Assembly: GCA_963751275.1 (NCBI GenBank)
Contig: CAVVTZ010000009.1
Location: 352,001 to 416,000, forward strand
Origin: an uncultured Gemmatimonadaceae bacterium
Lineage (GTDB): Bacteria; Gemmatimonadota; Gemmatimonadetes; Gemmatimonadales; Gemmatimonadaceae
DNA: 64,000 nucleotides
Direction of reading: 5' to 3'
The position numbers and the translations under genes were made by a program. The stretch's first letter is position 1. Each line of letters starts with the position of its first letter. Below are positions 20,472 through 29,722 of the stretch, one piece after another. The notes beneath the pieces were generated by a model, which was given only the letters and a program-made list of their open reading frames with translations, searched no databases and was not told where the DNA came from.

Positions 20472-22055
20472 TCAGTGTGCAGCCGAGCCGGAGATGGCGC
20501 GGCTCTTGCCCGTGTGGAAGAGCAGCAGCACCGGGAGCGCGGCCACCAGAAGGATGCCGCTGAGCAGGTAGATCTTGGAGAAGGCGAGCACGCTCGCCTG
20601 GGCGGAGATCTGGCGGTCGAGAATGGCGAGCGCCGCGCGCTGCGCCTGCGCCGGATCCACGCCGCGCGCGATGAGCCCGCGCGCCATGCCCGCCAGCCGG
20701 GCCACGACCTGCGGATCGCCGGCCACCACGTGCTCCGACAGCAGCGACTTCTCGATCACCATGTAGCGCGTGAGCAGCGTGGCCATGATCGCGATGCCGA
20801 GCGATCCGCCCAACTGGCGCGTGAGGTTGAACATGCCGGTGCCCTGCGGCAGCTCGGAATCCTTGAGCTCGGCCATCGTGGCGCCGGTGAGCGGCACGAA
20901 GATCAGGCCGAGCCCCACGCCGCGCAGGATGAGCGGCCAGAAGAGATCGCCCACGCCGACATCGATCGTGATGATCGACATCATGTACATTGAGGCGAGG
21001 AAGAGGAACGAACCGATCACGACCGTGACGCGCGCGTCGAGCTTGGCGGCGTTCCGGCCCACCACCGCCATCGTCGCCGCGGAGGCGAGCGCGCCCGGGA
21101 GGATGACGCGCCCGGTCTGCCAGGCCGTGAATCCGTGCAGGCTCTGCAGGAAGATCGGCAGCACGAACACCGATCCATACAGCGCGAGCCCCATGAACGC
21201 GGCGAAGGTCACGCCGGCGGTGAGCTGGCGGCTCTTGAAGACGCGGAAGTTGATGACCGGTTCCTCGATCCGCAGCTCGTACCACACGAGCAGGACGCCC
21301 GCCACCAGCGACGTGATCGCGAGCGTCGTGATGAACCCGGAGTCGAACCAGTCGTTGCGCTCGCCGCGCTCCAGCATCCATTGCAGCGATCCCACGCAGA
21401 GCGCGAGCAGGAAGATGCCGACGAAATCGACGGTGTCGGCGCGCTCCTGGTGCGTGGCATCCTTCACGTAGGCGAGCACCATGAAGAACGCGAAGATCCC
21501 GAGCGGCACGTTGATGTAGAAGATCCAGGGCCACGTGTAGTTGTCGACGATCCAGCCGCCGAGGGTCGGCCCGATCGTCGGGCCCACCATGACGCCGACG
21601 CCGAAGATCGCCTGCCCGATGCCGATCTCCTCGGGCGGGAACGACTCGAACAGGATGGCCTGGGCGGTGGAGAGGAGCGCGCCGCCGCCGAGCCCCTGGA
21701 TCACGCGCCAGAAGACGAGGCCCCAGAGCGAGCCCGCGGCGCCGCAGAAGAAGCTCGAGATCACGAAGATCACGATCGAGCCCGCGAGATAGCGCCGCCG
21801 GCCGAACCAGCCCGAGAGCCAGCCCGACATCGGGATCACGATGACGTTCGCGATGATGTAGCCGGTGGACACCCACGCGATCTCGTCGAGCGTGGCGCCG
21901 AGGTTCCCCATCATGTCGGGGATCGCGACGTTCACGATGGACGTGTCGATCAGCTCGAGCACGGCCGCCAGCGTCACCACCATCGCGATGAGGTAGCGAT
22001 TGCGGTAACGCGGATCGGCCGCGATCTGCGCGGCGCGGGCGGCGGAGACGGCCAT
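20472..22055 (-). CDS. emrB: DHA2 family MFS efflux permease (EmrB/QacA-like)
   Basis: LELIDTSIVNVAIPDM, WVSTGYIIA, GPTIGPTLGGWIVDNYTWPWIFYINVPLG, 14-TM pattern. Confidence 0.92.
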   Translation of the reverse strand: MAVSAARAAQIAADPRYRNRYLIAMVVTLAAVLELIDTSIVNVAIPDMMGNLGATLDEIAWVSTGYIIANVIVIPMSGWLSGWFGRRRYLAGSIVIFVISSFFCGAAGSLWGLVFWRVIQGLGGGALLSTAQAILFESFPPEEIGIGQAIFGVGVMVGPTIGPTLGGWIVDNYTWPWIFYINVPLGIFAFFMVLAYVKDATHQERADTVDFVGIFLLALCVGSLQWMLERGERNDWFDSGFITTLAITSLVAGVLLVWYELRIEEPVINFRVFKSRQLTAGVTFAAFMGLALYGSVFVLPIFLQSLHGFTAWQTGRVILPGALASAATMAVVGRNAAKLDARVTVVIGSFLFLASMYMMSIITIDVGVGDLFWPLILRGVGLGLIFVPLTGATMAELKDSELPQGTGMFNLTRQLGGSLGIAIMATLLTRYMVIEKSLLSEHVVAGDPQVVARLAGMARGLIARGVDPAQAQRAALAILDRQISAQASVLAFSKIYLLSGILLVAALPVLLLFHTGKSRAISGSAAH

Positions 22056-22067
22056 CGGCGGCTCCGC

Positions 22068-23150
22068 CTACTTGATCTTCACGCTGACCACGGCGCTCAT
22101 GCCCGGGCGCAGCGGCTTCGTGGGGCCGAGGCCCTTCGTCACTTTCACGCGCACCGGCACGCGCTGCACGACCTTCGTGAAGTTGCCCGTGGCGTTGTCG
22201 GGCGGGAGCAGCGCGAAGCGCGCGCCCGTGGCGGCGGACAGGCTCTCGACCTCGCCCTTCACCGTGAGCCCGCCGTACGCATCGATCTTCACATCGACCT
22301 CCTGGCCGACCTTCATCGCCGCGAGCTGCGTCTCCTTGAAGTTCGCGGTGACCCACGTGCCCGTGTCGGCGACGATCGAGATCAGCTGCTGCCCCGCCTG
22401 CACGAGCTGTCCGATCTCGACGAGCTTCTTGGCCACGGTGCCCGCGTCGGGGGCGGTGATCGCCGTGTACGACAGCTGGAGCGCGGCGTTGTCGCGTGCG
22501 GCCTGCGCGGCGGCGACGCGCGCGTCGGCCATGCGGAGACCCGCCTGCGCGCCGCTGACGCCCGCGTTCGCCGCGGCCGCCTGCTGCTCGAGCGCGCGCA
22601 CCTGCGCGGCGGCGGCATCGTACGCGGCCTGCGCCGCGTCCACCTGCTGCGCGCTCACGATCTGCTTGGCCACGAGCTCCTTCGCCCGCGTGAGATCGGC
22701 CTGCGCCTTGGTCAGGTTCGCCTTCGCCGCGTCGATCTGCGCGTCCACGGACGAACGCTGGCCCGCCGCGGTCGCCACCGCGGCGCCCGCCTGGCCGACG
22801 CCGCCGCGCGTGCCCGCCATCGCGCGTGCCGCCGCCAGATCGGCGTCGGCCTGCTCGAGCTTCACGCGATACTCCGCGCTGTCGATCGCCACGAGAAGCT
22901 GGCCGCTCTTCACGGAGTCGTTGTCCTGCACGGCCACCTGCTGGACGTAGCCGCCGACCTTCGCGATCACGGGGATGATGTGCCCGTCGACTTGCGCATC
23001 ATCGGTGGTCTCGTGCGTGTGCGCGTAGTACCAGGTGGGGATCCCCCAAATGAGCCCCGCGATGAGCACGACACCGAGCGCGCCGTACATGATCTTGCGC
23101 TTGGTGGTGAGCGGGGCGTCGGGAGCGCCGGGGTCGTTCGGATTCGCCAT
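22068..23150 (-). CDS. emrA: HlyD/EmrA family efflux adaptor
   Basis: ETTDDAQVDG, ANFKETQL, FALLPPDNATGNFTKVVQRVPVR, LRPGMS. Confidence 0.92.
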   Translation of the reverse strand: MANPNDPGAPDAPLTTKRKIMYGALGVVLIAGLIWGIPTWYYAHTHETTDDAQVDGHIIPVIAKVGGYVQQVAVQDNDSVKSGQLLVAIDSAEYRVKLEQADADLAAARAMAGTRGGVGQAGAAVATAAGQRSSVDAQIDAAKANLTKAQADLTRAKELVAKQIVSAQQVDAAQAAYDAAAAQVRALEQQAAAANAGVSGAQAGLRMADARVAAAQAARDNAALQLSYTAITAPDAGTVAKKLVEIGQLVQAGQQLISIVADTGTWVTANFKETQLAAMKVGQEVDVKIDAYGGLTVKGEVESLSAATGARFALLPPDNATGNFTKVVQRVPVRVKVTKGLGPTKPLRPGMSAVVSVKIK

Positions 23151-23185
23151 GGATCGGATACCGGGAAGACGTTGGGCTGCGGTGA

Positions 23186-24523
23186 CTACGGGAGCGCGGT
23201 GACGGTGCCTTCGGCGCGCGCGAGCTGCACACGCGCGACCTGGTACGCCGCAAGCGCCTCGACCAGCTGGCTGCGCGCGGTGTTCAAGTTCGACGACGCC
23301 TGGATCACGTCGAGATTGCCGGAGATGCCGGCGACGAAGCGCTCGCGCGCCTGCGTCACCTCGAGCTGCGACAGTTCGAGCCGCTCCTCGGCGGCCGCCA
23401 TCTGCTCGCGCGCGGCGGCGAGATCGTCGAGGCCGCCGCGCACTTCGATCGAGGCCTGGAGCACGAGCGCGCGCTGCTTGGAGGTGGCCTCGTTCACCGC
23501 GGCCTTGTTCTCCTCGATCCGCGCCTCGCGGCGCAGGCCGTCGAAGATCGGCACCTGGAGCGCCACGCCCCACGTATAGGTCGGGAGGTACGACGCGCCG
23601 TTCTTGCCGATCGCGCCATAGCTCGCGCCGACGCCGAGCGAGGGGAGCCGCTCGGCCTTCACCGCGGAGACCGCGGTCTCCGACGCCTGGAGCTGCATCA
23701 TGGCGGCGCGGAGATCGGCGCGCGAGTTCATCGCGATGTTCACCGCCGCGCTCTCGCTCGGGAGTTCGGCGGGGACGGGGAGCCGGTCGAGCGAATCGGC
23801 GAGCGCGAGCCGCGTGGTGAGCGGCAGGTTGAGCACACGCAGGAGGTCGAGGCGCGAATGGTCGCGGTCGGCGCGCTGGAAGATCAGCTGCGCGCGCACG
23901 GTGCTCAGCTGCACCTTGGCGCGGGTCACGTCGATGGCGACGCCGACGCCGGACTTGAGCTGATCGCCGGCGATGCTCAGGAGCGAGTCGGCGAGCAGCG
24001 AGTCGGCGACGCGCGCGGCGACGAGCGCTTCGGCGCGCTGGAGCCGGATGTAGGCGCGCGCGGCGAGCTCGCCGGCGAGATCGCCGATGTTCGCGGCGTC
24101 GGCGGCGCTGGCGCCGGCCTCGGCGGTCGCGCCGGAGACGCGCTTGTATGCGGCAATGTCCACCAGCGAGAGCGCGATGCGCGCGCGCATGTCGAGCGTG
24201 TTCAGCGGACCGACCAGCTCGCCCTCGGGATTAAGGGGCCCGAGCTGGAAGCCCAGCGGCGGGAAGAGCGCCGCGGTATTGAACGTCGCGCCGCTCTCGA
24301 CGGCGGACGCGGAGAGCTGCGGCAGGAGATCGGAGCGGCGCTGCGTGATGCGCGCCGTGGCGGCGTCGGCGCGGTCGCGCGCCTGCTCGGCCTGCGCGTT
24401 CCGGCGCGCGGCGAGGCGCGCGGCGTCGCCGAGCGTGAGCGGGTGCGCGATCGCGGTATCCTGCGCGCGGGCGCTGCCCACGGCCAGGACGGCCGCGAGC
24501 GCGAGAAGGGGGAGTCGTGTCAT
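23186..24523 (-). CDS. TolC family outer membrane efflux protein
   Basis: Signal peptide MTRLPLLALAAVLAVGSARAQ, OEP repeats, ERFVAGISGNLDVIQA. Confidence 0.88.
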   Translation of the reverse strand: MTRLPLLALAAVLAVGSARAQDTAIAHPLTLGDAARLAARRNAQAEQARDRADAATARITQRRSDLLPQLSASAVESGATFNTAALFPPLGFQLGPLNPEGELVGPLNTLDMRARIALSLVDIAAYKRVSGATAEAGASAADAANIGDLAGELAARAYIRLQRAEALVAARVADSLLADSLLSIAGDQLKSGVGVAIDVTRAKVQLSTVRAQLIFQRADRDHSRLDLLRVLNLPLTTRLALADSLDRLPVPAELPSESAAVNIAMNSRADLRAAMMQLQASETAVSAVKAERLPSLGVGASYGAIGKNGASYLPTYTWGVALQVPIFDGLRREARIEENKAAVNEATSKQRALVLQASIEVRGGLDDLAAAREQMAAAEERLELSQLEVTQARERFVAGISGNLDVIQASSNLNTARSQLVEALAAYQVARVQLARAEGTVTALP

Positions 24524-25236
24524 GCGGTGGTTCTCCGGCGGGATCGCGTGGTGGGAGCGGGACCCGGTTCCAGGGCGTGATCGATGAAGTCGAGCATCTC
24601 GGCGAGGATCTGCTCGTCGCTCGCGTTCGCGACGAAGGGGATGACATTGCGGTGCGCGCACCAGTGGCCGTGCTTGATGAGCGTCGCGTGGATCATGCGC
24701 GCGGCGGCCTCGGGATCCACCTTCCGGAATTCGCCGCGCGCGATGCCGCGACGGATGATCCCGGAGCAGACCTTGAGCGCGCGGGCGGCGGTCTCCTGGA
24801 CGTAGAACTTCAGGAGGTCCGGGAATTCCGGGAGCTCGCCGATGGTGAGGCGGTAGAGGATGGGGAACGCCGGCCGGCGCACGTGGTCCCAGACGCCGGC
24901 CACATAGTCGTGGAGCTGGACGCGGGCGGGCGCATCGCTGGCGGCGTGGTGCGACTCGAAGGCATCGATTCCGCGTCCAGTGACGTGGCGGACCATGGCG
25001 CGGAAGAGCGCGTCCTTGGTCGGGAAGTACAGGTAGATCGTGCCCTTGGCGACGCCGGCGCGGCGCGCGATGTCGTCGAGGCGGGTGCGGCCGAGTCCGC
25101 GCTCGCCGAACTCGATGAGCGCGGCGTCGAGGATCTGGCCGGGGCGCTCTTCGGGTTTGCGGTGCCAGCGCGGTGCGCTGGCGGTGGGGGCGATGGGGCG
25201 GGCCGGGGGCGGAGCGGCGGTCTTGCGGCGGGACAT
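24520..25236 (-). CDS. TetR/AcrR family transcriptional regulator
   Basis: ILDAALIEFGERGLGRTRLDDIARRAGVAKGTIYLYFPTKDALF HTH. Confidence 0.95.
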   Translation of the reverse strand: MSRRKTAAPPPARPIAPTASAPRWHRKPEERPGQILDAALIEFGERGLGRTRLDDIARRAGVAKGTIYLYFPTKDALFRAMVRHVTGRGIDAFESHHAASDAPARVQLHDYVAGVWDHVRRPAFPILYRLTIGELPEFPDLLKFYVQETAARALKVCSGIIRRGIARGEFRKVDPEAAARMIHATLIKHGHWCAHRNVIPFVANASDEQILAEMLDFIDHALEPGPAPTTRSRRRTTA

Positions 25237-25244
25237 TCGCCGCA

Positions 25245-25272
25245 ATTAAATGACCGACCCGTCAGTTATCAA
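25245..25272 (-). promoter_or_regulatory. Promoter of the TetR efflux operon with an embedded palindromic operator
   Basis: Minus strand TTGATA-[ACTGACGGGTCGGTCA]-TTTAAT-8 nt-ATG. The spacer contains a TGAC-N6-GTCA dyad typical of TetR autoregulatory sites. Confidence 0.6.
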
Positions 25273-25301
25273 GTGCCCCTCACGACTTGCGCGTGTGGGC
25301 C

Positions 25302-25458
25302 CTAGTACCGCTTGAGGGGCGCGTCTAGGAGGCAGCGTGTGGTACGGCGCGGCGTGAGTGACGGTGCGCCTGTGGGAATTGGATGGAGCCGGCCGCAGCT
25401 ACTCACGCCGCGCCGTACCACACGCTGCCTCCTAGACGCGCTGTTAGAGCGGTACTAG
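25302..25458. repeat. Palindromic element family C (CTAG-bounded, MITE/REPIN-like)
   Basis: Outer 11-bp IR CTAGTACCGCT/AGCGGTACTAG plus a perfect 41-bp inner IR (25319-25359 / 25401-25441). Confidence 0.9.
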
Positions 25459-25473
25459 TCGCTACTCACGCCC

Positions 25474-25626
25474 CTATGGTTGCGCCGCGGCAGCCGGCGC
25501 CGCCTCCCCCGCGTATTTTTTGTTCACCATCATCACGATCGCGCCGAGCAGGAGCACCATCACCAGCGCTCCCACCACCAGCCCGGTGAAGCCCGCGCCC
25601 TTATCCCCCTCCATTGGTGCCGCCAT
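25474..25626 (-). CDS. Small (50 aa) single-TM membrane protein
   Basis: MAAPMEGDKGAGFTGLVVGALVMVLLLGAIVMMVNKKYAGEAAPAAAAQP, with a strong GAGGAGAG SD upstream. Confidence 0.7.
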   Translation of the reverse strand: MAAPMEGDKGAGFTGLVVGALVMVLLLGAIVMMVNKKYAGEAAPAAAAQP

Positions 25627-25658
25627 GTCAGTCTCTCCTCGAATGGATGCGGGCGCGA

Positions 25659-26117
25659 CTACGCGACGCGCACCGACGTGATGGTGTCGTTGGCCTTGAT
25701 CTGTTTCACCGCGTCGATCCCCTTGGTCACCTTGCCGAACACGGTGTGCACGCCATTCAGGTGCTTCGTGTTCGCCTCGCTCAGCACGATGAAGAACTGG
25801 CTGCCGCCGGTGTCCTTGCCGGCGTGCGCCATGGAGAGCGAGCCGAGCTGGTGCGTATGCGGATTCCCCTTGGTCTCGCACTTGATGTGCCAGCCGGGGC
25901 CGCCGGTGCCGATCTTCCGGTCGCCCGCGGGGAGGTCGCGCGAGAGCGGATCGCCGCCCTGCACGACGAAATCGTCGATGACGCGGTGGAACTTGACACC
26001 GTCGTAGAACTTGCTGTTCGCCAGCTTCTCGAAGTTGGCGACGGTGAGCGGCGCTTCCTGCTCATAGAGCTCGGCGACGATGGTGCCGCGGTTGGTCTCG
26101 AAGGTGGCGGTCTTCAC
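25659..26117 (-). CDS. Cyclophilin-type peptidyl-prolyl cis-trans isomerase
   Basis: [49 protein letters not shown]. Confidence 0.95.
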   Translation of the reverse strand: MKTATFETNRGTIVAELYEQEAPLTVANFEKLANSKFYDGVKFHRVIDDFVVQGGDPLSRDLPAGDRKIGTGGPGWHIKCETKGNPHTHQLGSLSMAHAGKDTGGSQFFIVLSEANTKHLNGVHTVFGKVTKGIDAVKQIKANDTITSVRVA

Positions 26118-26182
26118 GGTGGGGAATGGTATGGGGAGAGTGACGTGCCCGCGGGGAAATTACTCGCGGTGCGCGCGCGCGG

Positions 26183-26659
26183 CTACTTCATGCCCAGCGC
26201 GTGCACGATCTTCCATTCGTTCTCGGTCACCGGCATCACGGAGAGGCGGCTCCCTTTCTGCAAGAGCACCATCTTCTCGAGCCCCTTCACGCCGCGCAAC
26301 TCCGGCAGCGTCACCGGGTGCTTGAAGGGCGCCACCGCCTTGAGGTCCACCACGTACCACGCCGGGTTCGCGGGATCGCTCTTGGGATCGTCGTGATGGT
26401 CCTTCTTGTCGAACGCCGTGGCGTCCGGATACCCCTCGCGCACGATCTCGCACTCGCCCATGATCACCCCGGGCTCGGCGTTCGAGTGATAGAAGAAGAC
26501 GCGGTCGCCCTTCTTCATCTGGTCGCGTAGCATGTTCCGCGCCTGGTAATTGCGCACGCCGTCCCACGAGGTGGTGCGCTTGGGCTGCTTCCACAGATCC
26601 GGCCACGCGAAGCTCTCCGCGTCGGTCTTCACCAGCCAGTACCGCGGCGCACCGCTCAC
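26183..26659 (-). CDS. EVE domain protein (PUA-like, modified-base reader)
   Basis: [52 protein letters not shown] start overlaps the nth stop. Confidence 0.92.
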   Translation of the reverse strand: MSGAPRYWLVKTDAESFAWPDLWKQPKRTTSWDGVRNYQARNMLRDQMKKGDRVFFYHSNAEPGVIMGECEIVREGYPDATAFDKKDHHDDPKSDPANPAWYVVDLKAVAPFKHPVTLPELRGVKGLEKMVLLQKGSRLSVMPVTENEWKIVHALGMK

Positions 26660-27375
26660 GGCCGCGCCGACGGACAGAGATCGGCGAGCACGCACTCGCC
26701 GCACTTCGGCCGGCGCGCGATGCAAATGCGGCGCCCGTGCTCGATCAAGAGATGCGACAGCATCGTCCACTCCGCGTTCGGGAATTGTTTGATCAGGTCC
26801 TGCTCGATCTTCACCGGATCAGTCTCGCGCGTCAGGCCCATGAGGTGCGACAGTCGCGCGACGTGCGTGTCCACCACGACGCCCGCGTTCACGCCGAAGG
26901 CGTTGCCGAGGATCACGTTCGCGGTCTTGCGGCCCACGCCGGGGAGCTTCGTGAGCTCCTCCATCGTGCGCGGGATCTCGCCGCCGTGCCGTTCCATCAC
27001 GGCGCGCGCCATCCCCTCGAGACTCTTCGCCTTGTTCCGGAAGAAGCCGGTGCTCTTGATGAGGTGCTCGAGGTCGCCGCGGTCGGCATCGGCCAGCGCG
27101 GCGGCGTTCGGATACTTCGCGAAGAGCGCCGGCGTCACCATGTTGACGCGCACGTCCGTGCACTGCGCGCTCAGGATCGTCGCGACCAGCAGCTCGTAGG
27201 CGTTCCGGTGGTCGAGTGCGCAGTGCGCGTCCGGGTACGCGTTGCGCAGCCGCCGGTAATACTCGGCGGCCATCGCGGGCGTCGCGCGTTTGACGCCGCG
27301 CTTCGCGGCGGGCTTCCTCGCCGCCTTCTTCGCTGGCAGTTTCTTCGCGGCCTTCTTCACGGTCTTCTTCTTCAT
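26656..27375 (-). CDS. nth: Endonuclease III
   Basis: [18 protein letters not shown], Hh[22 protein letters not shown], 4Fe-4S C-x6-C-x2-C-x5-C. Confidence 0.97.
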   Translation of the reverse strand: MKKKTVKKAAKKLPAKKAARKPAAKRGVKRATPAMAAEYYRRLRNAYPDAHCALDHRNAYELLVATILSAQCTDVRVNMVTPALFAKYPNAAALADADRGDLEHLIKSTGFFRNKAKSLEGMARAVMERHGGEIPRTMEELTKLPGVGRKTANVILGNAFGVNAGVVVDTHVARLSHLMGLTRETDPVKIEQDLIKQFPNAEWTMLSHLLIEHGRRICIARRPKCGECVLADLCPSARP

Positions 27376-29021
27376 CGCGTGACCCGCCTGCTCCTCGCGC
27401 GCTCGACAATGTCGTGCGCGTGCTGGGTGTTGAGCACATCGCCGGCTTCGAGCCAGCCTTTGCGCGCGGTGTTGATGCCGTACGTCATGTTGTCGAGCCC
27501 CGCCACCGAGTGCGCGTCGGGGCCGATCTCGATGAGACAACCGAGTTCCTTCGCGCGGCGGCAGAGCGTCCAGTCGAGATCGAGCCGATGCGGATCGGCG
27601 TTCAATTCCACGGCGACGTCGAGCTCGCCGGCACGCGCGAGCACCGCCGGCATGTCGATCGCGTACGGTTCGCGCGTGAGCAGCAGGCGCCCCGTGGGGT
27701 GGCCGAGGATCGTGACGAAAGGATTCTCGAGGGCGCGCAGCACGCGGCCGGTCATGGCGCGCTCATCCATCGCGAAGCGCGAGTGCACGGAGGCGATCAC
27801 GTAGTCGAACGTTTCGAGCAGCGCCTCGTCGTAGTCGATGCGGCCGTCGGCCAGGATGTCGGCTTCGATCCCCTTCAAGATGCGGAAACCATCGAATCGT
27901 TCCTGCAGCCGATCGATCTCATCGTGCTGGCGTTTCACCGCGCCGGGCGAGAGTCCGCCGGCGTAGGCGGCCGATTGCGAGTGGTCCGAGATGCCGAGGT
28001 AGCTCCAGCCGCGGGCGCGCGCTGCGGCCGCCATCTCGGCCACCGTGGTCGCGCCGTCCGAGTATTGCGAGTGACAGTGCAGGATGCCGCGGATGTCGCC
28101 GATCGTGATCAATCGCGGCAGGCTCCCGTCCAGCGCCGCTTCGACCTCGCCAAGCCCTTCACGCAGTTCCGGTACGATCGCCGCATCGAACGCCGCGCGG
28201 CCGCCGCGTGCGCCGGCCTGCGCGACGTGCGCCTGGCTGCCGGTCGCCCGCCAGAGTGCCGCGGTGAAGTCGCGCGGCGCGACGCAGTACAGGTCCAGGC
28301 GCGTGCCGTCGGCGTAGCGGATCGTCACCGCATCGCCGCCCACGCCGATCGCGTCCTTCACGCCCTCGCCCCGCGCGACCTCGGCGGCCACTTCGCTTGG
28401 CGCACGCGTGCACTCCGCCACGATGTCGATGTCGCGCACCACCGGGCAGCGGCGCCGGATCGAGCCGGCGATCTCCGCGCGCGCCACTCCCGGAACCGCG
28501 AGGATCGCCGCGCGCAGCCGCTCCGCCTCCGCCAGCGCGTGCGGATACAGCATGAAGTCGCTCGTCTCCCGCAGGTACGCGATGCCGCGCGCGATCTTCT
28601 CCGCAGTCTTCGCGCCGAATCGCGGGAGCGCGGCGAGGCGCCCGTCGCGCGCGGCCGCCTCGAGATCCTGCAGCGTGTCGATGCCGAGTCCTTCGTGGAT
28701 GGCGCGGATCTTGGACGTGCCGAGCCCCGGCACGCGGAGCATCTCGAACAGCCCCTCCGGCGTGTCCTCCTGCAGCTGTGTGAGGAGCGTCGAATCGCCG
28801 CCGGCCGCGAGTTCGGTGATGACCGCGAGCGTCGCGGGGCCCACGCCGCGGATCTTCGCGAGCGCGCCGCTCGTCACCGCGGCGGCGAGTCCGTCCTCGG
28901 GGATGCTCAGGAGCGCGCGCGCCGCCGCGCGATACGCGCCGCTCTTGAAGCTGCTCTCCCCCTTGAGTTCGAGCAGGTCGGCGATCTGATCGAGAACGTG
29001 CGCGGCGGCGCGGGGCTGCAT
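27372..29021 (-). CDS. polX: DNA polymerase X family with C-terminal PHP domain
   Basis: [22 protein letters not shown], HhH motifs, AGSIRRR...DIDIV, PHP motifs HCHS, SDHS, HPTGR, GPDAH. Confidence 0.93.
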   Translation of the reverse strand: MQPRAAAHVLDQIADLLELKGESSFKSGAYRAAARALLSIPEDGLAAAVTSGALAKIRGVGPATLAVITELAAGGDSTLLTQLQEDTPEGLFEMLRVPGLGTSKIRAIHEGLGIDTLQDLEAAARDGRLAALPRFGAKTAEKIARGIAYLRETSDFMLYPHALAEAERLRAAILAVPGVARAEIAGSIRRRCPVVRDIDIVAECTRAPSEVAAEVARGEGVKDAIGVGGDAVTIRYADGTRLDLYCVAPRDFTAALWRATGSQAHVAQAGARGGRAAFDAAIVPELREGLGEVEAALDGSLPRLITIGDIRGILHCHSQYSDGATTVAEMAAAARARGWSYLGISDHSQSAAYAGGLSPGAVKRQHDEIDRLQERFDGFRILKGIEADILADGRIDYDEALLETFDYVIASVHSRFAMDERAMTGRVLRALENPFVTILGHPTGRLLLTREPYAIDMPAVLARAGELDVAVELNADPHRLDLDWTLCRRAKELGCLIEIGPDAHSVAGLDNMTYGINTARKGWLEAGDVLNTQHAHDIVERARSRRVTR

Positions 29022-29068
29022 GCGGGGAAGATAGCCGCCGGTGGTAGGGCGGCTACCCTGCTGAACTA

Positions 29069-29185
29069 CCGGGAACCGATTTCCGGGAACCGGTGTGGCA
29101 TAAAAAAGAATTCCCTAACGGCAGCATGTCGTGTCGTTAGGGAATGATTGTCATGCCTCACCGGTTCCCGGTCATCGGTTCCCGG
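29069..29185. repeat. Palindromic element family B, copy 2
   Basis: Same outer arms as 14185-14302 (near-identical) but a different 14-bp inner stem ATTCCCTAACGGCA/TGTCGTTAGGGAAT. Confidence 0.9.
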
Positions 29186-29199
29186 CGGTTAGTACTTCG

Positions 29200-29571
29200 T
29201 TATTGGACCGTCACGACTCCCACCATTCCTTGATGCAGCGTGCACGAGTACGCGAACGTGCCGGCCACCGGAAAGGTGCGCTGGAAGGTGCCGGTCTGCT
29301 GATCGGGCGACGTGCCGTTGCCATCGGCAAAGGTCACGTTGTGGATGCTGTCGCCAGCCCAGGTCCACGTGACCGTCTCGCCCACCGCGACGATGGCCGC
29401 GGCCGGGCTGAAATTGTTGTCATTGACCGTGACGCCGGTGCCCCCGCCGCCACCACCACCACCGCCGCCACCGCCGCCACCGCCGTATCCAGGATAGGTG
29501 GGGCCGTACGCCTGGCACGCGACGATCGATGCCAGCGCGAGGATGCGAAAGATCGGGAAGCGTGAGCGCAT
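29200..29571 (-). CDS. Plastocyanin/azurin-type blue copper lipoprotein with Gly15 linker
   Basis: Lipobox IVAC, 15 consecutive Gly, type-1 Cu ligands HNV...C-TL-H-QG-M. Confidence 0.88.
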   Translation of the reverse strand: MRSRFPIFRILALASIVACQAYGPTYPGYGGGGGGGGGGGGGGGTGVTVNDNNFSPAAAIVAVGETVTWTWAGDSIHNVTFADGNGTSPDQQTGTFQRTFPVAGTFAYSCTLHQGMVGVVTVQ

Positions 29572-29651
29572 GGGTTCCTCTTCCTTTCCAGGTGCGATTG
29601 GGCGCCGCCGGGCACTCCGGTCCGCGACGCTCCGGCCGCGGGGGCAATAAG

Positions 29652-29679
29652 TAGACGCGTGAACCATGCGGAACGTTGC
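29652..29679 (-). promoter_or_regulatory. Putative ECF-type promoter of the cupredoxin gene
   Basis: Minus strand GCAAC-N17-CGTCTA. Confidence 0.45.
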
Positions 29680-29722
29680 TGGCACTGATACCCCCCCCGG
29701 GGGCCGGGGGATCGCGCGCCGG

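Noticed and set aside
29450..29495. Poly-Gly (GGY)15 tract as a contingency or phase-variation locus
   Set aside because: It is a triplet repeat with mixed codons, so slippage would not change frame. It is an ordinary flexible lipoprotein tether.
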